Below are positions 39,353-52,489 of a stretch of DNA of 64,000 nucleotides, piece by piece. The position numbers were made by a program, and so were the translations under genes. The number at the start of each line of letters is the position of its first letter. The stretch's first letter is position 1. This DNA is from Octopus vulgaris (Eukaryota): contig OX597838.1 of the NCBI GenBank assembly GCA_951406725.2, forward strand, positions 1,054,001 through 1,118,000. Direction: 5' to 3'. Under the pieces are notes generated by a model. That model saw only the letters and a list, made by a program, of their open reading frames with translations. It ran no database searches and was not told where the DNA came from.

Positions 39353-41480
39353 CACTGTTTTCAAGATAAGAAAGTTTTTGGGGTTTTGGCTCATGCTTTA
39401 TATAGAAATTCCAATTAATGATATGTATGATGCATGTATTTCACTTACATCATGTTTAAAATAAACTACATTATTCATTGCTGCACAGTTCAGGTGCAAT
39501 ATTTCATCATCTTAAATTAACCAATCAAGTTTTGCCTGATGAAAATAGGTATTTTAACATCTCAAATTGTCCAGTCCATAATTGGTCTGATGAAATATTC
39601 CATCATCTCAAATTCAATATAAGTATAACCGTTTGTATCCATTTCTTTACTTGTTTTACAGTGTTAACAATGTCAAGACAGTGTAGAAATCGTCCTGATG
39701 TGTTTTGTTAGATCAGGACAAGCTACGGGCACCACATTTTATCTGCTTAGCTTGCTCAAATGGCTTATGTGACTGGTTCAATGAGAAGGAGTCCATGCCT
39801 TTTGCCATTCAAATGGTAAAGGTGGCAGTCGAAAGACCATTTTAATGACTGTTATTTTAGAAAAATAAATGTCACGATATTTTCTATGAAGAATAAACAC
39901 AAAATTGTGTATCCCAATTTGAATTCTGCAAAGAGACCTGTGGCTCACAATGGAAGTCTGCCAACTCCAGTTCCACCAGATGATGATATTGAAACATCAG
40001 ATGATGATGCTGACTATCACGATAGTGCTGCTGAGGAAGATTATGTGGCTGATGATGATAGCTTTGAACCTCAGAAATTTTCCCAAGCTGAACTTGTCAG
40101 AGACGTATCCCTCTCAAAAGATAAAGCAGAACTGCTGGCATCAAGTCTGAAGGAGAAGTATCTGCTGCAGCACGGTGTTCGTATAACTGATTTTCAGCAG
40201 AGAAATGTTCCACAAACATGTTTTTCTGTCGGAGACCCACTTTGCTTTTGCACTGACATTGATGGACTTTTCCATTGTTTATCCACAAAATCATGATCCT
40301 GCCGAGTGGCGTTTCTTTCTTGATTCTTCAAAACGAAATTTAAAAACTGTACTTCTCCATAATGGTAATTTGAAGCCCTCCATTCCTATTGCACACTCCA
40401 TCTTCATGAATCATATGAGACTATGGAAATTTTTACTTCATGCCTATGAAAGACACTCATGGAACATGTGTGGAAATTTAAAACCCATTGGAATGTTAAT
40501 GGGAATGCAGTCAGGTTTCACAAAATGCTGTTGTTTCTTGTGTCTGTGTGATAGTAGAGCAGCTGACAGACATTATTCGGAATCAAACTAGCAGACAAGA
40601 ACATCATACCAGCCAGGACTGTCTAGTGTCATGAATGGCTGGATGCCCTTCCTAATGCCAACCAATCCGAGAGTGTAATGGGTGCTTTCACATGTTACTG
40701 GCTCGGGTGCCATTTGCATAAGCAAATGTACATTACATCTGGTAGATCCATGTAATGTCTTATTGCCTCCTTTGCATATAAAGCTTGGACTGATGAAATA
40801 ATTTGTAAAGACACTTGAGACAAGAAATTCCAGAGGGTTTGAGTATATTGCAGAAAAGTTTCCCAAAATCACACAGGCAAAGTTGAAAGAGGGCGTCTTT
40901 GTCAGACCCCAAATTAGAGAAGTACTCAAAGATGCCAACTTCAAGACAACACTGTATGAACTGGAACTGCTTGCCTGGAATGTTTTCAATTGGATCTGTG
41001 AGAATTTCTTGAGCAATAAGAAGGAAATGGATCTCAAGAATCTTTTGAAATATTACTCAGCAATGAGTTGTCGGTTGTCACTGAAAGTTCACTTCTTGGA
41101 CTCCCATCTGGATTTCTTTACAGACAACCTTGCAGGAAATCCAAATCACAATGTTCCTAACTATGTTGTTCTAACTTTGTCGGTTTGTCCGACCCATTTT
41201 ATTTGTGTATTCACTCTTTGTAGAATGAGAGTGAGGATTTTTTAACTCAATAAACTCATTTACTTTCTAAAAATAATATCTCCTTATTTATTACGTTAAT
41301 GATTTCATATAAATACAATTGCGTAAATATTTGCATGTATCTACTGAAAGCCTGATATGTGATGCATACAAATGGAGTGAAATTTTGAAATCAGCATAAA
41401 TAATTAGTCTAAAACAAATTGAAATTAGCATAAATAATTAGCCTAAAACAAATTGAAATTAGCATAAATAATTAGCCTAC
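39353..41480 (+). mobile_element. Degenerate Chapaev3-like (CMC) DNA transposon with a SINE fragment inserted at ~40630-40730
   Basis: Frameshifted transposase motifs YPNLNSAKRPVAH, EWRFFLDSSKRNLKTVLLHNGN, CFLCLCDSRA, LLPPLHIKLGLMK, KEGVFVRPQIR, LKVHFLDSHL; left end starts CACTG. Confidence 0.75.
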
Positions 41481-41505
41481 GTATTTAAGCTTACCAAAAC
41501 ATAAT

Positions 41506-43022
41506 TTAGTCAACCTTCGTTTTCTTCTTACAAAAAATAGTTACACATTTTTTCCCAATTAGACAGGTCAAATATATCAAAAGTGATATTACTGCAAATA
41601 TAGGAGCCAATACATCGATCATTAAGAATTCATACAATCGACTCCCTTGACACGGAGATTTTAAATATTCTCCACCGTATTTCAAGATGTGATCAATGTG
41701 TCGGGCTGATTTCTTCGCTGGATATTCGGGTCGGGAGTGAAATATTTCACTAGCTCTTTTAATTTTCTCAGAATATGTTTTGTTTTCAATTAGTTCGTTT
41801 ATTTTCTCTATTAATTCCTCCGGAGTAAAGTTCTCTATGTCTAGAGACAATCCGTATCCTTTCTCGGTCATTCTGCGAGAGTTATAAAACTGGTCTAAAA
41901 ACAAAGGTATCCCCAGCATTGGCACCCCATGGAACAAAGCTTCAAACTGATCGCTGTTCCCACAATGAGTAACAAATAATTTTGTCTTAGGATGGCCAAG
42001 CAGATCGTTTTGTGGTACCCAATCACTGATATAAATATTCTGATGAGAAAATGATGTTTTCTTCTGTCTCCACACAACATCATATTTTATTTGTTTCAAT
42101 GCAGTTTGTAGTTTTCTAATTGAACAACAGGGAAATCCTTGATATTACTGCCAAATGACACCACAACTATTCCATTCTTCGACGCATTTACGAATTTCAC
42201 TAATTCTCCCTTCAAAGGCAATGATCGTTTTGTAGCCAGACCACCAACGTATCTTACATTTGGAAGTTGTGGTAGAGGATAATCTAGAAGTACATCTTTT
42301 TCAATAAGATAAAATTGTGCCTGATGTAGCAAATCTGTGAATGAAATATCAGGTTCGTCTTTCGCATATGTCTTGACGCTGTGTACAGGCGCTCCAATAG
42401 GAGGAATGGTGTAGTCTACAAGAGCAACCAAAGTGTTGATTATCTTTTCCGAATATGTCGTCTTGCTCGAGGATCCGATGAAACTATTTGGAAAAACATT
42501 GGGAAGCCATGGAATGCGATGAAGACTAGGAAATATCTCAGATTCTGTGAGAACAAATGGAATTGACAATTGACGGGCAATTATTGTCAGACAATTTGTC
42601 GAAAATAGTCCATTAATAACAGCTAAACTAGCATTGACCGCTCGCAGGGATTCGATCCATTTCTCATCCTTCAGAATTCTATCACATATCAGAGGAATTA
42701 AAGTCAAAACCCTTCTTATCACATATATTCGTTTCGATACTATTTTCTGCTGTGCGTGAGAAAAGGTTCTTCTAAGTTCTGGGATCTCGTCCATTGGAAG
42801 GATATTTATGTTTTGTTCCTTTTGGAAAGTTTTAGTGAGTTTTGTATTTAGTATAAAATAGTTATTGTGTCCATACTTTGATAATTCGTTTGCTATAGAA
42901 ATCATTGGGTTTACGTGGCTATAGAAAGGCCATGCCAAGTATAGAATATTTTTACCATTAACTATCGGTAAAAACAAAACAGTGTACAGCGCCGGTAGAC
43001 TGATGAACAAACTCTTCATCAT
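41506..43022 (-). CDS. Intronless UDP-glucuronosyl/glycosyltransferase (GT1), ~505 aa if repaired; 1-nt frameshift at 42112-42115 (pseudogene or assembly error)
   Basis: Signal peptide MMKSLFISL..., catalytic-His region FYSH, VVVSFGS, signature WVPQNDLLGHPKTKLFVTHCG...EALFHGVPMLGIPLFLDQ, C-terminal transmembrane helix and KKTKVD dilysine ER signal; two ORFs joined by adding one A. Confidence 0.93.
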
Positions 43023-43303
43023 TTCTTCTGAAGATGTGACTTGAAATAACCAAGATATTCCACCGTATGTCTCTATATAAGCCGCACACTCTATGTTCGT
43101 ATCCTTCCACAACTTCTACGTAAATGAATCATAACCAACAAGTCTTCTTAAATGATAAAAGGCAAAGATCAATGTCGTTTGAATGCGAGATGTCCCTTGG
43201 TTGTTTAAATGTGTCACAAAATAAGATTGCTGTGACACATGGCTCTGGGTTCATATTTACCACCCTATCACTTTCTGTATATGTATATCTCTCACACATG
43301 CTG

Positions 43304-43380
<77 letters not shown>

Positions 43381-43923
43381 ATATGATATGTAATCGCTTT
43401 CATTTTGTTTATATCTTCACCTCTCTAACTCTCTGTGTATGTATATCTCTCACACTGTGAGTATGTGTGTGTTTGTGAGTCAGTGTGTGTGTAGGAAATT
43501 TCATTAGGGTGTCTCTCTCTCTCTCTTCATGACATGTAACTGCTTTCATTTTGTTTAAAACATTATTTTGTAATGTTTATTTTCAATTTATGATAGACAA
43601 CTATTGCTTACGAAATGCTACCTTCCAAATCCTGTTTTCTGACAAGATAAAATTTATCAAACTTTAAACCTCTATAACATTTTTGTTAAATTTTTCTGGA
43701 ATAAATGAATCACAAAATCAAATTCACATGAAACAGTACATCAATATACCAAATTTGAAATTTTCACTTAATTTTAAAACTTCAAAATCTGTGACAGCAA
43801 CAGAAAAGATTTCTTCCTCTATTTGTCTATCTCTTTCAGTTATGCTTTTTTCATTGTAAACTTTCCCCCTCTCTATATATATTTACCACTTTCTCACATT
43901 CTTCATATATGTATATTGCTCAT

Positions 43924-43960
<37 letters not shown>

Positions 43961-45948
43961 CAGGAATTTCATTAGGGCAACAAAGAATAAAAACCCTTAC
44001 AAAGCATCAGCAGCAAGCTAAGAGAAATCTTTACATCTATGCACCAAGTGGAAAATAAAAAAACTTAGTTTATTGATGCATTATAAATTGCTCCAAATAA
44101 TGCAGAAATCTGTCCTGATCAAGAGGCCTGTCTGTCAGAGAAGACATGGTCTGGCACAGAACCCAAAAAAATGTGGCCATTTCTGAAGAAGCAACACAGA
44201 CTTGTTACTCATAAATAAGCATTAAAACCAGAAAGAAAGAAAAAGAGAAACAAACTAATATTCTATTTTATGATATGACAAAGGTTAAGCAGATCTAATG
44301 TCACCAAGGTTAAAGTATATCTGCTGCACCAAAATTAAAATCCTTGATGAGAACCAGTAATTTCATCTCCAATCAATCATAGAATTGTCTGGTTTAAAAG
44401 AACACAAACAGACATCTTTGCCAACGTCTTTTGTATTTGTAAAACTGTAATCAATTCTAAGTTTTTGAAGATACACAGAAGAACTGAAGACTGAAAACTG
44501 CTTGAGGAATCGGTAGCACGGAACATTTACTTCTGTGATATCATTGCCAATCTATTTAAGGTTACTGACCTCCTCACAACTTCGATATGGTTAGTTCTGA
44601 AAATAAGAAGCACTTTTTTTGTCTTGAAATTATTGCTTTGTGAGAATCTATTTTTCTCTTTAATTCGGTTAATGGTGAAACGATGTGATAGAGTTTAACC
44701 GTTCAGCATTCACATCACTCTGTCGAGTGTTAAGCTTGTTTGTTCATAGTTTTGAATTAATCATGAATTATTTTGCTGTTTTGAGGTTTCAGTGATGTGA
44801 TTGTTTATTTTTATAATGACATTGTGTAGGGTAGGTGTGAGAAGCCTGAACTGGCTAGTTTGAACATAAAATGGTTAGAATGTGTGGTAGAGCCTGCACC
44901 ATACCTCTGACACACACACACACAATATAAGTAAATAAAAATCTCATTCCTTCAAATAAAATCTTCAAAAATGAAAAGAAAAAGCAACTAAAATCTAGAG
45001 AATGTAATAATTTATGGTAAAATACAGGTCAAAATATAAATTGCCTGTTTTTAATTTTTTTCTCTGACTTTTGAATATAACCAATTCCTTCTTAAACAAA
45101 TGGGTTTAGCTAAAATTTCAAGCAAGGGACTAAATTACTAATTAGGGATCTATCATAATTAGCTGTGTAGTTTGTGAAGACTCAAAATAAATGTCAGATA
45201 ATAATCATAGGTAATGGGGGGTGTGGTGGTGGTGGTGGTGATGGTGGAGGTTATTCAAATTGGTCGAATCCCCTCTGGCTATGTGTGTGTGTGAAATACA
45301 CAAGGTCTTTTTTTGATATTTGAAAGACAGAAATGTCATTGTTACCAAAGTTCACGAAGGAATCTGTAAGTGCAAACAAGTAAAATATGATAAACAAAGT
45401 TTTTTTTATCACCAGAATAGAATAAAGAAAAAAATTAAATAATAAAATAGTAAAGAATTAGCAGAAATAATCATAGAATATGGGAAATTATGTCAAGAAT
45501 ATGACTAAACTGAGTTCTTTTTACTTTAATTTTTCAAACAAGCTGTTTTAAAAGACATAAACAATACTTGCAGACATCTTCTATCACTTGACAAAATTAT
45601 TGCGTGTCTTTTATCTATTCCTTGTTTCAGTCATTAGACTGTGGCCATGCTGGGGCACCACCTTGAAGAATTTTGGTAGAGTGAATCAACCCCATTACTT
45701 ATTGCTTTTTAAGAGCCTGGTACTTATTCTTTCAGTTTCTTTTGCCAAACTGCTCAGTTTGAGGGACATAAATACACTAACACTGGTTGTGAAGTGGTGG
45801 TGGGAGACAACCAGACACAAAGACACACGTACATGTGTACATGTGTGTGTATATAATATATATATCATCTTCATCATCTTCGTTTAGCGTCCGCTTTCCA
45901 TGCTAGCATGGGTTGGACTATATATATCTATATATATATGCGTGTGTG

Positions 45949-46021
<73 letters not shown>

Positions 46022-46024
<3 letters not shown>

Positions 46025-46489
46025 TTTAATAATAATTATTACCTATGAGGTTTTTATTCCCATGCCAGCCACTTGATATGATTGGTATTTTAAATAATGA
46101 TCTTATCCTTATTTATATACATTTATATATATATGTATAAATAAATAAGGATAAGATCGTTAATTTAAATTAAATAACGATCTTATCATGTGGCCAGCAT
46201 GGGAATAAAAAACCTTCAAAGGTAATAATTATTATTAGAATTATAATTTAGGGTATCTACAAGATACTGCCATGCTGAAAATAGCAGCCAAAATCTGACT
46301 CTAAAACCACATTAAATGTTCATACAGCACATGAAGTAATATTATCCAGTAATTTTTTATTAGTTTTATTTTGTCTTTTTGTCTTCTCTCCTTGTGCTGT
46401 ACGGGCATTTAATGTGGTTTTAGAGTCAGATCTTGGCTGCTATTTTCAGCATGGCAGTATCTTGTAGATACCCTAAATTATAATTCTAA
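46022..46489. repeat. Two adjacent inverted repeats
   Basis: ~46022-46120 vs ~46135-46243 (imperfect); 46235-46331 vs 46393-46489 (near perfect). Confidence 0.88.
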
Positions 46490-46502
46490 CCATCGGTTAT
46501 AT

Positions 46503-46550
<48 letters not shown>

Positions 46551-48027
46551 ATATAACCGATGGAAAGTGGTTCACTCACTACAGCTGTTTTAGACTTTTT
46601 TTTCTTTTGATGAATGGAGTGATTACATCATGTGGAAAAAACTGTTTCCATCAGGTGAATATATGCATGAATGAAACATTTTAAAAAAACATTCCAATGA
46701 ATCCCAGTACGTACCATTTCATGATTCCCTGGTGAACTTTGGCCAGAGAATGATTCTCAGATTAAATTCAAGTCCAACTCCGAAAATACACTTTGCTTCC
46801 ACATAATTATCTTTTCTCTGCCATGAGTGTTGGACAAGGCTAAAAACAAGGAAGAAAACTAAAAAATTGATTTTATTAAACCCTACAATTTGTCTGTCAC
46901 TTTCACAACTGTTCTAACAGACAATATATTTTATTACATTTCCATTAACAACAACACAGCTGCCAAGTAACTTTGAAAAATATCATTTTCCTCCACATTT
47001 CGGTTGTGGTTTATTGAGCAAGATGAGAGAACAAAAGGCTTCCGTGTGTTGTTGATTATAGAAACATATTAGCCAAGATCTGATTCACAATTATAACCAT
47101 CCTCAACTGTGTATATTATTACTATTTCTGTTTCAGTCCATAAATCACTGGTTTTGAATGGCCACCACTGTCCGGACAGACAGTTCATGATGAATTAATT
47201 TGTTGTTTCCACAGGACAACAGCTGTTTGATTTTGTCGTTACTATTTGTGATTAGGTTGTTAATAAGTTGAAATATAACCTGGGATCGAACTTGTTTTTA
47301 GATTAGATTGAAATTTGATATTATAATGGTTTGTTATAAGCATGAAATCATTTTATGTAAACATTTTAAAACATGGAGAATGTAATTATTATTATTAAAT
47401 CAGCAAGCTTGCAGAACTTAGCATGCCAGACCAAATGCTCAGCGGCATTTTGTCCATCTTTGCATTCTCAGTTCAAATTCCGACAAGGCCAACTTTGTCT
47501 TTCATTTTGGGGTCAATGAAATTGGTGCCAGTCAAACAATAAGGTTGATGTAATTGACTGGCCCCATTATATAAAATCTCAGGTCTTGTGTTTATAGTAG
47601 AAAGGATTTCTGGGTAGATTTAATGAATTAATCCCTCTGGCTTAAATTGCTGAACTGGTCTCAAAATTTGAAACAATTATAATCTCGTTTTTCAGTAAAA
47701 TAATCGTCCATACCAAGTGTTTGGGAATCTGAGATTGTTGTTTCTGAAACTAGAAAAAATACTTGAAAGACTGTAAAGTGATAGCACAGTTTGTTGATAC
47801 ATTAAAGTGCCAGAAATTTTAACCAGAGTTGCCATGTGAACACAAATACTAACTGCATAATCAGAGATGCTAGACTCCGCCTTACTTTCTAGGAGATACG
47901 GCAAACATACAAAATGACCTTTTCCAGGAGTAAAAGCTGCAAATTGTTACATTATTTATACATTAAGACTAGTAGACATGCTGAAGAATTTCTGTATAAA
48001 TTTTCTCCATTTCATTTGTTAATCAAG

Positions 48028-48094
<67 letters not shown>

Positions 48095-49187
48095 CAGACA
48101 GACAGAGGTGGGATGGAATCCTGCATTTAAATTATATAAAGCAACATCATTAAATATTAATTCTTTGTAAGTTTGGCATAAGGCTAGCAATTTTAAGGGA
48201 GTGGGTAAAAGTGACTACTTCAATTCCTGATATCTAATTTATCGACTTTGAAAGGACGAAAGGCAAAGTCGACCTCGGAGGAATTTGAACTCAGAATGCA
48301 AAGAGTTGGAAGAAATGCTGTTAAATATTTTATCTGACCTGTTAATGATTCTACCAGAGTGCTACCTTGCAATTAGATATAAATAATAAAAAGAGGCCAG
48401 GAAAAGTCGTGATGGCCTGTTTCAGCAAAAGTATTTCATGAAGAACCCAGCCCAGAATATGGATCCCATTAGGTGGGGGCAGGGAGAGCGGTCAATAAGT
48501 AATATTTACTGCATTTTTGACTTTGAGGAAAAATATTCTTGCAAATGTTCACTAGCTTACAAAAACTATACCAGCTGAGCAAGTGACCTTTAAATGCATT
48601 AAAAACACTAACATATTGAAAACACTATTTCAGAAAACTATCACCGTTCCCTTTGAGCAGATACAAGACGGATTTAGATGGGGCAAAATGAATAAGAGAA
48701 GACAAGATAAATCTACCTCTTCAGTTCTCCAGAAATTAATGATATGAAATTAATGAAACCCGACTTAATATGAAAACGACATAAAAGATTCTCAATAGCT
48801 TCTTCATCATCTTCTGGAATGGCACTCTTCCTGATATATTTATACACCATGCAATCAAAGAGAAGAAATTATTGAAATTAAGCATTACTCAATTAGCACC
48901 AATTTCGACATTTTTATGAAAAGTGAAAATTATCAAATTAAACATTAGTGTGGGAAAAATTGACTTGGAATCCAACGGAGAAAAACAGCCAAGATTATCC
49001 TGATATTTTATTAGCAACCACAATTGCGATTGGATCAAAGTTGGAAAGTTTCTTGAAAAAAGGAAAGAGTAGCTGTTACCTGACTGTTTGAAACTATTTC
49101 AACTTCAACAACAACAACTATGCTGACCGAATTTTACTCCCAAAGACGATGCCCATTGGTGTAGAAGTTGACAGAAAATTTCTTGTA

Positions 49188-49815
49188 CAGGTACACAATC
49201 CTTTATCCAGAAATCTAAAACCCAGAAAGTCCCCCAAATAGAATGCTTTTGTGGAGAGATGAGCACATCATAATGGTGCCATTTGGTGCACAAACAGCTG
49301 ATCACTGTGACCTGCTCACTCAGGCATAATACGGCAATGCTTGGCAGGTCGGCTACCACTTACGACCAAGTGTCAGTTGTGGCTCAGCACTCGTAGAAAG
49401 AAGACATTTATTTGCTGTTGTTTCATGTTGTTTCTTGTGACCTTGTATTAAATTCACCCTGAAAATGTCAAAGGGAATTGCAGATACCCCAATGGATAAC
49501 AGTGAGAAAAAGAAAAGGAAACATCATTGTCAATAATGCAGAAAGTGAAGTTACTAGAAAAAACTTGATCATGGTGCGTCTGTGTGGTGGCTCACTGAAG
49601 AATGTGGTGCTGGAAGTAGACAGTGCATGACAGAAAGACGAATTACTGAAGTTTTATAGTGAGGATGATGATCACAAACTAATGAAAAATAGAAAAAAAC
49701 TACATAGAGCAAAAAAGGAAGATCTTGACTGTGTGGTGATTGAATGAAGTCAACAATGAAGAAGGGAACCATATGTCATTGGGTGGGTTTTTATTGCTAG
49801 AAATAGCAGACAAAT
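49188..49815 (+). mobile_element. Tigger/pogo (Tigger4/Zombi-like) 5' remnant
   Basis: TA|CAGGT TIR-like start; ATG at 49465 gives MSKGIADTPMDNSEKKKRKH, then decayed psq/CENP-B HTH sequence (QKVKLLEKLD, DLDCVVIE*). Confidence 0.7.
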
Positions 49816-52489
49816 ATCTGTCAAGTCATATTCTACTGTACTCTAGAAATGTAGTTCTAGATATTCTGTTCATGAAAACTTATGAAATGGCTCCAGCTGG
49901 AATGCCTTTGACGGAGCTAACCAACCACAAGATAGGGTTTTACTATTTTACGTCTGGTCATTTGGGTACTTTTATCAGGGACCATAAGGGATTCCCTCGT
50001 TTGGCCTATGCTGGATTCTATTTTTAATACAGATCACTTTTATTTAGTTTTCCATTAAAGAAAATCTCTTCATATTAAAGTATTTAAGAAACAAAATGAA
50101 ATCAAATTAAATCAATGGTCCAGTCGTGTAGTTGTCCTAATTATGGAAATAATTATTATATTTAATATTAAAATTATAATATTTCACTAATTTGAAAAAT
50201 CGATCAAACATTTTACGCATTATCGATTATTAAACATTTAACTAGTGTGTAGTTTGGCTGACTGCCTGCTCTCTTATATGTACAACATTCGAAAGATCGC
50301 AGAAAAAGAATTCATATAACTAGCATTTGTCGTGTGCGTGTAAAAGCGCCGTTGTTTAATTCTGAAACTTTGAATTCTATTTCATTCAATATCAGAGTTT
50401 CCTTCTAATCTATGTTTCAGATATTTTCTTCCAATTTATAGAGTTTTCTTACATTAAATTAAAATTAATCAATAAAATAAATGTCTAATCACAGAATCAC
50501 AGAATCTAATCACGGAATCACAGACTTTGAGGAAAGGACAGAATTGATCGAATTGACTACAAGTTCTTAACAGGTGGTTTATTTTACAGAAATAAGCAGC
50601 AGTCGATCTATAAAATCGCCAGAGAGCAACCAAAATGTCTTGAAGGCGATTTATTCAGAGACAAAATTCCTGCGGAGTTTAGTGATAGCCTTTAATGTTC
50701 TGAGTTCAAATCCCGCTGAGGTCAACGTTGCTTTTTGTTCTTCAGTGGTCGATAAAATAAAATGCCAATGAAGTATTGGATCGATTTAATATTCCTGTAA
50801 AGCATTGTAAATGTGAATGGAATTATTATACTCGAATAGACGTGATATTGATTAACCAATGTTTGTTTCGGGAAGAACATTTTATTAACAGACTTTTCAG
50901 TGTTGTGTCAGACATGAAAACTAATTTTGTGACCCCCCAAATATAATCACTGTTGCCTTCTGCTCCTAGAAAAACACAAAGTCTCAAAGTAAGGAAAATG
51001 ACTTCCCTTTCATCAATATTAAACCGTTTTCATCCTTTTCGGATCGATAAAATAAGTACCAGTTGAACAATGAGGTCAATATAATCAACTGAGCCCCCAC
51101 TTCTGAAATTGCTGGCCTTGTGCCAAAATGTGAAACCGATATTAAATTCTTTTCAGTCTTTTCGCTTCTCTTTCCTTGAATTTCCATCTTTAAAAAATCT
51201 ACCTTGAATTTCTGTTTTTATTTTATTTTCTTCTTCAATCAAGGCGAATGAAGACAAGATATCAAACAGAATCTTTACATCTCTTCATTTTCACCTTCGA
51301 CAGAAGACTTGCTTCGCTACCGACATTTCTATGGCCTTCAGTTGTTGCTAACAGTCCTTTATTTTCGTTTTATTTTTTATTTTAGACAAAAATTTATTTA
51401 AAACAAAACAAAAAATAGTTGGAGATTATCCCGTTGGGAATATATAATTCGGTTAATTGCTCAATTAGTGAATTAACAAGATTAAGAGTTCGGTCAGTGA
51501 CATTATATCAAACGTTGCTAAAATTTCGTAACCAATTGGTTGTATTGAAAGTTTTGGAAACAAAATAATATATTTTTGAAAAAAATAAATATATAAAAAG
51601 TGCTGGAAACAATAAAAAACAAAAACTGCTTGATTTATGAGAGACGAAAACAAGAAAAAAAGGGGTTGGAAAAGGCCCAGTTTTTCAAGAAAGTTGTGTA
51701 CGGAAATAGACGGAAATGCACGACCATTTCTGTTGTCTGGTAAATCGATGATTGTTCGCAACAGAGGAACTGTGAAGGCAATTAATTGGTAATTATATCG
51801 ATATTATTGATATTTATCTGCTATATTTTATTGATACAGTTTTATAACACTTGTATTTGCAATCTTTAATCATTTTCTAACACACAAAAGACCAAAATAG
51901 TTTTTATTCGTCCAAAATAAAATTTACAATAATGTCGCCAAAGGAGGTTTCTTAAACTTGGCCAATTTTTGCGTATTTAGACACATTAAACCGTGTCTGT
52001 AATTAAACTAGAGGATTTTTCATTGTCGCTTAGCCGCAGGACATTTTTGTTTCGGCAAATTTATGATTAAAGACGTTCCAACCGTACCATCTTCCATTTA
52101 TTCAGACACAGTGTACCTAGGATCACAATATTTAATATATTATACAGGACAGGACTTCTTCGTATTCATGGCTATAATTGTTGAAACCACAAGACAACCG
52201 AACTATGACCCTTCCGTCTTTTATTCTCAGTCAGTTTCTCTAAAACTAAGAACTTCAGTTCCTTTTGTGAAACAGTAAGGATGTAATTGAGGGAGATTTG
52301 GTTGCTATTTCTAACACCCAACCAGAAGCTCCCTCATTAACCTGATTGCCTACGTATTAATTAGTGATAACATACATGTTATAAAAACTGTCCCACATAA
52401 TTAGCAGTCAATTACTTGGGTCGATGTAATCACTGGCTTCACCTCCCCAAAATGTTGGTTTTGTGCCCCTTATCAGAAACCATTGAGGG

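Noticed and set aside
43023-43112. N-terminal extension of the 338-aa UGT ORF
   Set aside because: Begins at a non-ATG codon; the signal peptide starts at ATG 43022, preceded by an acceptor-like site
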